A DNA stretch of 16,991 bases from Myxococcota bacterium. GTDB taxonomy: Bacteria > Myxococcota_A > Polyangia > Polyangiales > Sandaracinaceae. The position numbers were made by a program, and so were the translations under genes. Location of the stretch: NCBI GenBank assembly GCA_036149055.1, contig JAYZQJ010000034.1:1-16991 (forward strand), in the 5' to 3' direction. The notes under the pieces were generated by a model. The model was not told the DNA's origin and searched no databases. It saw only the letters and a program-made list of their open reading frames with translations. This document shows, piece by piece, positions 1 to 7,046 of this stretch. Within the stretch, counting starts at the first letter, position 1. Each line of letters begins with the position of its first letter.

Positions 1-132
1 TACCCCGAGGCGGCCTGGAAACACGAAAACTCGGCGATGGGCATCGGCGTGGCGCCGGCCTCACTTCCCTCGAGCAACATGCGCGAGATCTGGCCCCCAG
101 ACCTCAGCTGCCGCGAGCGGTAACACGTCGGG

Positions 133-477
133 GTGGCGCTGGTCTTCGCCCTCTACACCGCGGGTCGCGCCCAGCGGGCCCCGGCCGACGGGTGGGACTT
201 CTCGCTGTGCCCGTTCATGGGCGCGTTCTTCGTCGTCCCGCTGCTGGTGTGGCTGGGCGCGGCCCTGGCGCGGCGGCGGGTGCGGCCACCCCGGCTCATC
301 CGGATCGAGGACCGGGTGATCGACGGCGACGATGACCTCGGCGCGCTGAAGGGCGTCGAGCGGCGGGGCGCAGTCGTCACGCTCCGATGCGCCGTCGGGT
401 CCGCGGCCCTGGAGCTGGCTTCGGAGCTCGACGCGAGGCTGCTCGCCGAAAGGCTCGGCGCCCGGCTTCATGGCTGA
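133..477 (+). CDS. Small hypothetical membrane protein (114 aa)
   Basis: Hydrophobic N-terminus plus a TM-like segment (FMGAFFVVPLLVWLGAALA) followed by RRRVR and a short soluble domain; GC3-rich codons; TAACAC lies 6 nt upstream of the GTG. Confidence 0.55.
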   Translation: MALVFALYTAGRAQRAPADGWDFSLCPFMGAFFVVPLLVWLGAALARRRVRPPRLIRIEDRVIDGDDDLGALKGVERRGAVVTLRCAVGSAALELASELDARLLAERLGARLHG

Positions 478-481
478 GATC

Positions 482-993
482 TCACCGAGCTTCGAGCGAG
501 CGGAGCTCCGCCGCGATCGTCCGGGTGTGGATGAGATACGAGAACGCGACGTTCTGAACCGACCCGACCGCCGCGCGCCCCACGGAGACGGTCTGTGTCG
601 GCCCTCCCCAGAGCATCCCGACGAGCCGTCCAGCGCCGTCGAAGGCGGGGCCGCCCGAGCTTCCGCGGAACGAGGTCGCGTCGATGACGACGCAGTTGCG
701 GTTCTGCCCACACTGCGCGTAGGCCCGCCACGGTAGACGTCCGTGTCGGTGTGTAGGGGGACGGGGCGAGGCGACGCGGGTGGATCCTCGGTGAGGCGGA
801 GGATCCCCAGGTCGATGTCTCCCGAGATGTAGAACCGCTCGACGGGCACCGGCACATCAATTCTGCGCGCGTCGGTCGCGCTCGGCGCCTGAGCGTCGGA
901 TGCGGAGGGAGCGAGCGCGAACGCGAGCGTCAGCCGCGAGAGCCCTTCGCGGGCATCGTGACCGACCCGAGCACCACCGACGGCTGGGTGCAT
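482..993 (-). pseudogene. Fragmented trypsin-like (S1/Trypsin_2-type) serine protease
   Basis: One frame gives a signal-like LTLAFALAPSASDA and DIDLGILRL (catalytic-Asp-like strand). From about 725 a different frame reads AYAQCGQNRNCVVIDATSFRGSSGGPAFDGAGRLVGMLWGGP...EAR*, with GSSGGP at 664-647 and the stop at 484-482. No catalytic His segment was found. Confidence 0.65.
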
Positions 994-1208
994 CTATTGG
1001 AGCTGCGCGTGGGAGAGGCGAGTCGGCGCTTCAGTCTTAGAACCACGTCCCGGCCGCGGCGGTTCCGCTCATCGCGCTCCTGCGCGCGGCCGGTGAGGTC
1101 CCGACGCGCGATCCTCGAGTCCAAGTGAGGTGAACGCGCGCCGCATCGCCGAGGCGCTTGGACAATCCGGCTACGAGGTCATCCGTACCGGTCGCGCACG
1201 GGCCGGGC

Positions 1209-1619
1209 TCAGGCCCTATCGCGAAGCGCGCGCAGGAGGTCCACGTAGCTGACGATCCCCTGGAGCTCGCCCGTGGAGGGGTCGACGACCGGGAGCGCTC
1301 CGACCTTCAGGTCGAGCATCCGGTCGATGGACTCGCTCAACTCGGTCTCGGGATACACCGTGACCACGTCGCCGGACATGACCTCCGAGACCGGCGCGTC
1401 GTAGCGCGAGCGCAGCTCGTCGAGAGACGCCTCGTCGAACAGACGAGGGCTCATGATGCTGCGGAGATCTCGGTCACTGAGCATGCCCACCAGCGCGCCG
1501 GCCTCGACGACGGGGAGATGGCGCACCGTGTGAGCCGCCAGCAGCTCAGCCGCCTCGCTCAGGCGCGCCTGGGCGTGTACGACCACGGGCGACTCCGTCA
1601 TCACGTCTCGAACCAGCAT
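1209..1619 (-). CDS. CBS-domain pair protein (136 aa)
   Basis: MLVRDVMT...VRHLPVV...LVGMLSDRDL and VSEVMS..VVTV.P...VGALPVVD...LQGIVSYVDLL are two CBS motifs. AAGGAG lies just upstream of ATG 1619, so the track start at 1724 is over-extended. Confidence 0.92.
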   Translation of the reverse strand: MLVRDVMTESPVVVHAQARLSEAAELLAAHTVRHLPVVEAGALVGMLSDRDLRSIMSPRLFDEASLDELRSRYDAPVSEVMSGDVVTVYPETELSESIDRMLDLKVGALPVVDPSTGELQGIVSYVDLLRALRDRA

Positions 1620-1660
1620 GCGGACTCCTTCCGGCGAGGCGGCCTCGCCCACGTCGAGGA

Positions 1661-1676
1661 TGCAAGGGCGAGCCCA
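1661..1676 (-). promoter_or_regulatory. Candidate sigma-54 promoter for the CBS gene
   Basis: Minus strand TGGGCTCGCCCTTGCA is GG-N10-GC with a TTGCA -12 box, about 42 nt upstream of the ATG; the -24 box is imperfect. Confidence 0.35.
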
Positions 1677-1806
1677 CCAGCCGAGCATCGAAGGGGAGGC
1701 CGCCCACGCGAGATAGGCTCGCACGATCTGCGCAGGGGCGCAGTCGGCGCGTGGGGACTTGGGCCAGGGTGTACCCCGCCCGCCGCTCTACCGCGCCCGA
1801 TGACAC

Positions 1807-1835
1807 TGGCCACCTGTGGCTTTCGTCCCTACGTT
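1807..1835 (+). promoter_or_regulatory. Candidate sigma-70-type promoter for the HPF-USP operon
   Basis: TGGCCA-N17-TACGTT in a locally less GC-rich patch. Confidence 0.3.
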
Positions 1836-1840
1836 ATCGA

Positions 1841-1873
1841 GTGATGAGGGTCTTTCTCCCGCGACGACACTGA
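1841..1873 (+). other. Putative leader uORF (V/M)MRVFLPRRH*
   Basis: GTG ATG AGG GTC TTT CTC CCG CGA CGA CAC TGA starts 5 nt after TACGTT; all three Arg codons are AGG or CGA; the 3' codons overlap the outer helix of the downstream hairpin. Confidence 0.3.
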
Positions 1874-1920
1874 GGAGCCACCCCCGCCCGAGAGGGCGTG
1901 AGGGTGGCTCCGAGTCGCGG
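1859..1920 (+). promoter_or_regulatory. Nested stem-loop with GAGA (GNRA) tetraloop in the HPF-USP leader
   Basis: CCGCGAC (1859-1865) pairs with GTCGCGG (1914-1920); GGAGCCACCC (1874-1883) pairs with GGGTGGCTCC (1902-1911); CGCCC-GAGA-GGGCG (1885-1898). Confidence 0.6.
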
Positions 1921-2051
1921 ACCGGGGCGCACCCCCCCTCCAACGTCGCACCCCCCGTGGTCGACCCGAGTGACCGTGCGCCCGCCCGCACCTTGCCGAG
2001 CTTGGTCATCTCGACGGAGTCGTCCGTCGCTCTCACCCATCGGAGGTTGCA

Positions 2052-2417
2052 GTGGAGATTCGTGTGCGTTTCGTCGGAGTCGCGCCCAGCGACGCTCGAG
2101 CCGTGATCAGTGAAGTGGAGCGCCGCGTCGAGATGGCGCTCGACCGGCTCGCGCCTCGGGTTCGCGAGGTGAGCGTCGCGTTCTCGGACGTCAACGGGCC
2201 GCGCGGCGGTCTCGACCAGCAGTGCGTGGTGATCATCACGCCCAGGAACGAGGGCGAGCCCGTGGTGGGCCGGGCCCGCGAGGAGGCTCGCGGGCAGGCC
2301 GTCATCCGAGCGCTCAGGCGCGCGCGACGTCAACTCGAGGACACGCTCGAGCGTCAGCGATATTGGACCTCGTCCCGTCGTCTCACGACGCAGCCGCTGC
2401 TTCAGGAGAGCTCATGA
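2052..2417 (+). CDS. HPF/RaiA-family ribosome-associated protein (121 aa)
   Basis: VERRVEMALDRLAPRVREVSVAFSDVNGPRGGLDQQC...AVIRALRRARRQL matches the 'D.NGPRGG.D..C' subgroup of S30AE/HPF-like proteins; GGAGG Shine-Dalgarno (SD) at 2042-2046. Confidence 0.82.
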   Translation: MEIRVRFVGVAPSDARAVISEVERRVEMALDRLAPRVREVSVAFSDVNGPRGGLDQQCVVIITPRNEGEPVVGRAREEARGQAVIRALRRARRQLEDTLERQRYWTSSRRLTTQPLLQESS

Positions 2418-3745
2418 TGACAAAGCACACCGTATTGTTCGCCACGGATCTCGAGGGCGACGTCACGAAGGGCCTCCGCCTGGCGAGCGCGCTCGCGGAG
2501 GAGCGCGCCGCCACCCTGCTCGTGGTCCACGTGGTCCCGCTCCGCGCGAGCGACGGCGAGGGAATGCTCCACCGGGGCCTCGACCTGATGATGAACGCGC
2601 CCCACCGCGCCCTGCGCGCCGTGTCCCTTTCGGCTCCGGACGTGCCCCATCGGACTCTACTCCGGATCGGTGAGCCGGCGGAGGAGCTGGCGCGGGTCGC
2701 GAGAGAGTCCAACGCCTCGCTCGTCGTGATGGAGGCCCGCGAGCGCGGCGCGCTGCGCCGCATCTTCGGTCGGGGGCTCGTCGAGCGGCTGCGCGCTCGC
2801 GTGGACTGCCCGGTCGTGACCTATCCGCCCCGCGCGGCCGGCTCGTCGGCCGGTCTGGAGGGCGCGCTCCCGCCGTCCGTTGCGCTCCGGTCCGTGCTCG
2901 ACGCGCGCGTCGACGCGCTCCTCGACTGGCTGAACGGGCGCGCTGACGCCGTGGCGTCGGTCGCGGAGCGGGCGTCCATCCAGCGGGCCGTGGTCCGGCT
3001 GGTGGAGGGCGCGACTCAGCGAGAGCGGGACGAGCTCGTGCTGGAGCTCGGCGGACACCTCCGCGAGGTCCAGGGCGTCGGGGTCGAGCTCTGGCTCGAC
3101 GCGCTCGGCTCCCCGTCCGCACCCTCCCTCGCCCAGCCGATCCTCTCCGTCGGCCTCGCCGCGCGGCCCAGTCCGGAGCGCGACGCTTGGATCGGCGCCG
3201 CGCTGCGAGAGGGCGTCGCGGTCTCCTTCCCCCTCGACGCGTCGGATCCCGCGCAGGCCCCCGTCGTCCTGGCGAGCGCGCGCGTCCCGCTCCCGGGAGG
3301 GGCCGCCGCCGCCCTGGCATTCACCTTCGACGCGCGGTCCGGCTTCCTGCGGATCCTCGCCGGGCCCGGTCCCTCGTCGTCCGCGGAGACCTACGCGTTC
3401 GACGAGCGAGGCCTCATGCTCTCGAACAGTCGATTCCCCGCGCAGCTCCAGCGCGCGGGGCTCCTCGCCCCGTCGGCTCAGGCGGCCCGCAGGGTGTGGG
3501 TCAACGACCCCGGCGTCAGCTTGCTCGACGCACCGGCCCCCTACGACACGGAGCCGTGGCCCCTCACCGAGATGGCCGCGGAGGCCACGGCCGGCCGAGA
3601 CGGCGTCAACGTGCGTGGCTACCGCGACTACCGAGGGGTGCCGGTGATCGGCGCGTGGCGGTGGATCCCCAGCCATCGCATCGGGGTCGCGGCCGAGATG
3701 GACGTGGCCGACGCTCGCGAGTCGCAGCTCCGCTACGCGTCCTAG
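2414..3745 (+). CDS. Universal stress protein (UspA domain) fused to a C-terminal Cache-like sensor domain (443 aa)
   Basis: The N-terminal HTVLFATDL...LLVVHVV...GEPAEELARVA...LVVM...CPVVT is a USP domain. The C-terminal ETYAFDERGLMLSNSRF...NDPG...PLTEMA...GYRDYRGVPVIGAW.W...GVAAEMDVADA resembles Cache-type extracytoplasmic sensors. The ATG overlaps the HPF stop (ATGA) and has a CAGGAG SD. Confidence 0.85.
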   Translation: MMTKHTVLFATDLEGDVTKGLRLASALAEERAATLLVVHVVPLRASDGEGMLHRGLDLMMNAPHRALRAVSLSAPDVPHRTLLRIGEPAEELARVARESNASLVVMEARERGALRRIFGRGLVERLRARVDCPVVTYPPRAAGSSAGLEGALPPSVALRSVLDARVDALLDWLNGRADAVASVAERASIQRAVVRLVEGATQRERDELVLELGGHLREVQGVGVELWLDALGSPSAPSLAQPILSVGLAARPSPERDAWIGAALREGVAVSFPLDASDPAQAPVVLASARVPLPGGAAAALAFTFDARSGFLRILAGPGPSSSAETYAFDERGLMLSNSRFPAQLQRAGLLAPSAQAARRVWVNDPGVSLLDAPAPYDTEPWPLTEMAAEATAGRDGVNVRGYRDYRGVPVIGAWRWIPSHRIGVAAEMDVADARESQLRYAS

Positions 3746-3758
3746 GACGCGTAGCGGA
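3729..3758. repeat. Perfect 30-bp palindrome spanning the USP stop codon (possible bidirectional terminator or stabiliser)
   Basis: TCCGCTACGCGTCCT|AGGACGCGTAGCGGA is its own reverse complement; it lies at the junction of convergent genes; no U-tract. Confidence 0.9.
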
Positions 3759-3811
3759 TCCGACTCGAGACGCCGCGAAGCGTCGGCGCGGCGGGAGATC
3801 CGTGTCCGCGG

Positions 3812-5068
3812 TCAGCCGCCCAGGCGGACCGCGAGCCCCTCTTCGTTGACCGCGCCGTCGGGGCGGATGACGTAGAGGTAGGCGTCGCCGTCGGCGAGCG
3901 CGCCGCGGTTGAGCTGGACGCCCACGCGGTCGTCGCCCCACGCGGACTCGGGCTGGATCTCGCAGGTGGCCCCGGGGCGGTCCGACCAGCGGGCGACGTC
4001 GCAGAGCTCGACGCGCGCCAGCGTGGAGTCGACGTAGACGTCGTCCAGCTCCACCACGTAGTCGCCGATGGGGACGCTCGGATCGAGCCCGATCAGGGCG
4101 AGGCGATTCGGCGGGTCGTCTCCGAACCGAGGGCGGTCGCGCAGCTCCTCGGGGCGCGCCGGGCGCTCGGCGATCCACGTGGCCGCGGTGAGGTCGTGCT
4201 CGACGCGGCCATCGGTCAGGCACAGGATGCGGCCGTCGGCGTCGTCGGGGCTGCTGCTCTGCCGGAAGTAGAGCTCCACCCGGTGCCACGCTTCGAGCGC
4301 GTCCTCGCCGCTCCAGGTGGACCAGCTGGGAGTGTCCGCGAGCGTGTGCGACGTGGTCGCCCAAGGGTCGGCTTCGGTGCCGCGGTCCTCGCTGTAGCCA
4401 TAGGTCAGGTGCATCGTCGTCCAGCTCAGCCGGTAGGTCCGGCCGTTGTGGTCCCCGGCCCAGAGGCGGAGGAGCTTGGCCGAAGCGCGGTCGGAAGAGC
4501 GAGCGTCGAGCCGGACATACCAGGAGAGGTACATCTCGCGGTGCGCCTCGGTGCGGCCGTAGTCGTGCCCACGGAGGGTGTTGTGGTTGTGCTCCGCGCC
4601 GTCGCCGAGGTAGTGCGCGCGGCTGACCCCGCGGACCGAGCGACTGGCGGCAGTCGCGAAGCGTATGCGTCCGTCGGGGTTGCCCGCGAAGGGGTAGCCG
4701 TCGCCGGTCGGCACGGAGGCGCCGTCGACCACCTCGTCGTACGCGGACTCGGCGTCGTCCCACTCGAGCGGGGTCGCGACCGCGCGCTCGCCGAAGCAGG
4801 TCCCCGTCACCTCGACGCGCTCGCCGTGCCGCAGGAGACCGAGCACGCCGGTGGGCGCGGGCAGGGGGCCGTCGCAGGGCCTCACCTCCGAGCCGGCGTC
4901 GGGGGCCCGGCCGGCGTCGAGCGCCGAGCTGGCGTCGAGGGGCGGGCCCGCGTCCTCGGGCGTCGCGCTCGCGTCCCGCCGCGGCTCGCTCGAGGCGTCG
5001 GGCGCGGACGCGCTGTCGCAGGCGAAGGCCAGGGCGAGGGCCGGCAGCAGAGTCCAGGGGTGTCTCAT
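3812..5068 (-). CDS. Secreted lipoprotein, probable beta-jelly-roll (polysaccharide lyase/ConA-like) core inside a split Ig-like domain (418 aa)
   Basis: MRHPWTLLPALALAFAC lipobox-like signal; PDA-rich linker; VTGTCFG, MYLSWYVR, SAKLLRLW, WHRVELYF...DG, DDVYVDSTLARVEL...W.DD...AYLYV. AG-rich SD upstream. The fold is an inference. Confidence 0.75.
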   Translation of the reverse strand: MRHPWTLLPALALAFACDSASAPDASSEPRRDASATPEDAGPPLDASSALDAGRAPDAGSEVRPCDGPLPAPTGVLGLLRHGERVEVTGTCFGERAVATPLEWDDAESAYDEVVDGASVPTGDGYPFAGNPDGRIRFATAASRSVRGVSRAHYLGDGAEHNHNTLRGHDYGRTEAHREMYLSWYVRLDARSSDRASAKLLRLWAGDHNGRTYRLSWTTMHLTYGYSEDRGTEADPWATTSHTLADTPSWSTWSGEDALEAWHRVELYFRQSSSPDDADGRILCLTDGRVEHDLTAATWIAERPARPEELRDRPRFGDDPPNRLALIGLDPSVPIGDYVVELDDVYVDSTLARVELCDVARWSDRPGATCEIQPESAWGDDRVGVQLNRGALADGDAYLYVIRPDGAVNEEGLAVRLGG

Positions 5069-5081
5069 CGTTCTCTCTCTC

Positions 5082-6338
5082 TCACTCGCCGCCCAGGGGC
5101 CCGGAGTACCGGCGGCCGTCCGCGGTGGTGACGAACCAGTGGGTGGCGCGCGCGAGCTCGTCGGCGTGGAAGGTCGCGCGGACCTCCTCGTCCGTCCAGC
5201 CGTCCGGCGGCGCGATGAAGAGCCAGCCGCAGTCCTCGTAGCGCGCGGCGTCGCCGAGCTCGATCCGCGCGCGCGCGGTCGGCCCCTGCGCGATGTAGAG
5301 GTCTCCGTACAGGACCTGGCTCGAGGCGACGGACCCGTGCCCGTTGCGCTCGGGATCCGCCCAGCCCGCGAACGCCACGTGGCCGAGCTCGATCGGGACG
5401 CGGTTGGAGCTGAGCGGCCGCTGGCCTTCGAAGTACCGGTGGGTCGAGGTGGAGGCGAGACTCCACTCACTGCTGACTTCGTCGCCCGAGCGGAAGTCGG
5501 CCGGGACCTGCATGAACGCGAGGAGGCGCGGCGAGTGGTCGCCGGTGTTCAGGGACGAGAGGCTCGCGACCCAATGGGTCCCCCGGTCGTCGAGACCCCA
5601 GGACGCGCCGTTGCCGCTGGAGGTGATGCTGCCGCCGCCGCTGTGGGTCCAGAGCACGAGGTCGCCGTTGCCCGTGTCGTCGCCGTCGTGGGTCAGCCAC
5701 GCGGACTTGAAGGAGGAGCCGACGCCCTCGTAGTCCCCGGCCGCCCACCCGCCCAGGCTCACGCCAGGGAACCCGTACCCGGGGGGCACGTAGGCGCGGT
5801 AGGAGACGAGCACGCCCTCCGCCTCCGCGCGAGGGCTGCCGAGCGACACGTTGCGAGAGAAGTAGCTGCCGCCCTCGCCGTCGTTGTCGATGGTCGGCAC
5901 GAAGGTGCGCCCGCTCGCCTCGTCGGCCCAGTAGCGCCACTCCGTCTCGACCGATCCGGACCCCTCGCGCCGGCGGCCGAAGGCGCCGATCTCCGGATCT
6001 TCGGCCAGGTCGACGACCTCGCGTCCGCCCGCGTTGCGCCCCGAGAACCAGAAGACCACCCGCGGCCCCTCGCCGAAGCCGGCGCCTCGCGCCACGATCA
6101 TCCTCTCGTCGCCGGGACCGGCGTCGCCCACGCCCGGGGCGGCGTCAGGCGCGTGGGAGCCGGCGTCGTCGTCGCCACGGCTGGCGTCCGAGGACGGCGC
6201 GTCGCCCCCGTCGGTGGAGGGTTGCGCCGCGTCGGGGGGCCCGGGCGCTTCACCCGCGCAGGCCTGCTGGGCGGCCACCAGGCTCGCGAGCAGCGTCCAG
6301 CGCGCGACGGTGCGACTGGAGATGCGACTTCGTGTCAT
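5082..6338 (-). CDS. Secreted lipoprotein, divergent paralog of 3812-5068 (418 aa)
   Basis: MTRSRISSRTVARWTLLASLVAAQQAC signal; PDA/DAG linker; RGAGFGEGP, VLVSYRAYVP, FKSAWL, GDLYIA...ARIELGDAARY...GWTDEEV...HWFV parallel the neighbour's motifs in order. Confidence 0.75.
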   Translation of the reverse strand: MTRSRISSRTVARWTLLASLVAAQQACAGEAPGPPDAAQPSTDGGDAPSSDASRGDDDAGSHAPDAAPGVGDAGPGDERMIVARGAGFGEGPRVVFWFSGRNAGGREVVDLAEDPEIGAFGRRREGSGSVETEWRYWADEASGRTFVPTIDNDGEGGSYFSRNVSLGSPRAEAEGVLVSYRAYVPPGYGFPGVSLGGWAAGDYEGVGSSFKSAWLTHDGDDTGNGDLVLWTHSGGGSITSSGNGASWGLDDRGTHWVASLSSLNTGDHSPRLLAFMQVPADFRSGDEVSSEWSLASTSTHRYFEGQRPLSSNRVPIELGHVAFAGWADPERNGHGSVASSQVLYGDLYIAQGPTARARIELGDAARYEDCGWLFIAPPDGWTDEEVRATFHADELARATHWFVTTADGRRYSGPLGGE

Positions 6339-6387
6339 TCGCCAATGGTCTCGCGGCGCCGCCCGCGTCACCACCGACCCGGCCTTA

Positions 6388-6410
6388 CCGCGGCTTTCGC
6401 GAGGCCGCGG
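6388..6410. other. GC-rich hairpin between the lipoprotein start and the IS21 remnant
   Basis: CCGCGGCTT-TCGCG-AGGCCGCGG inverted repeat with one G-U pair. Confidence 0.45.
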
Positions 6411-6440
6411 CGAAGTCATCGTACCAGGCCCCTTTCCCAA

Positions 6441-6953
6441 TCCCAGGGTGTACCTCGGGCGACGCTGAACCAGCTCTCGAGCGGCAGCTGGATGCTCGAG
6501 AAGCTCAACGTGATCGTCACCGGCAAGACCGGAGTCGGCAAGAGCTACCTCGGCTGCGCGCTCGGCCAGCTCGCGTGCCGGCGGGGGCAGCGGGTCATCT
6601 ACCGCCGCCTGCCTCGCCTCTTCGCCGAGCTCGCCCTCGCGAAAGCCGACGGCACCTACCACAAGCGTCTCGCGAAGATCGCCAAAGCCGACGTCCTCGT
6701 GCTCGACGACCTGGGCATCGGCACCGGGCTCAAGGAGGCTCACCGCCACGACCTCCTCGAGGTGATGGAGGACCGCTACGGCCGCAGCTCCACCATCGTC
6801 ACGAGCCAGCTCGACTCCAAGCACTGGCACGAGTGGATCGGCGACCCGACCCTCGCCGACGCGATTTCGGACCGCCTCGTCCACAACGCCTACAAGGTCA
6901 CCCTCAAGGGCCCGTCCCGTCGCAAGGAGAGGTCGAAGAGCAAGAAGAGCTGA
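6441..6953 (+). pseudogene. istB: IS21-family helper ATPase IstB, 5'-truncated
   Basis: NVIVTGKTGVGKSYLGCALG (Walker A, 6522-6545), VLVLDDLG (Walker B), LLEVMEDRYGRSSTIVTSQL..W...IGDPTLADAI.DRLVHNAYKVTLKGPSRR. The N-terminal region and istA are absent. Confidence 0.92.
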
Positions 6954-6976
6954 ACCAGACGCCCCTCGCCATCGAG

Positions 6977-7046
6977 GTGATCACGATCAGGCGAAACGAG
7001 TGATCACGATGGCGCGATTCAGGCGATCACGATCGGCGGAAGGTCA
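6977..7046 (+). mobile_element. IS21-family right end: three 23-bp tandem transposase-binding repeats
   Basis: GATCACGAT core at 6979, 7002 and 7025 (exact 23-bp period) immediately after istB; the third unit is followed by a possible terminal CA at 7045-7046. Confidence 0.85.

Noticed and set aside
1..123. Gene fragment at the window edge
   Set aside because: Short open frames exist on both strands with no recognisable motif.
1100..1210. Receiver-domain-like fragment (AILES / EVNARRIAEALGQSGYEVIRTG) on the + strand
   Set aside because: Too short, needs a frameshift and lacks the acidic pocket; cannot be distinguished from chance.
1620..2051. FNR/FixK box expected for a CBS-HPF-USP cluster
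   Set aside because: No TTGAT-N4-ATCAA-like site was found.
4851..6953. 700-aa ORF suggesting a large IstB fusion
   Set aside because: The first ~530 codons are the antisense shadow of the two minus-strand lipoprotein genes; IstB similarity starts only at about 6441.
6977..7045. Three regularly spaced repeats as a mini-CRISPR
   Set aside because: The 23-bp period is too short for repeat plus spacer, there are no cas genes, and the position after istB matches IS21 terminal repeats.
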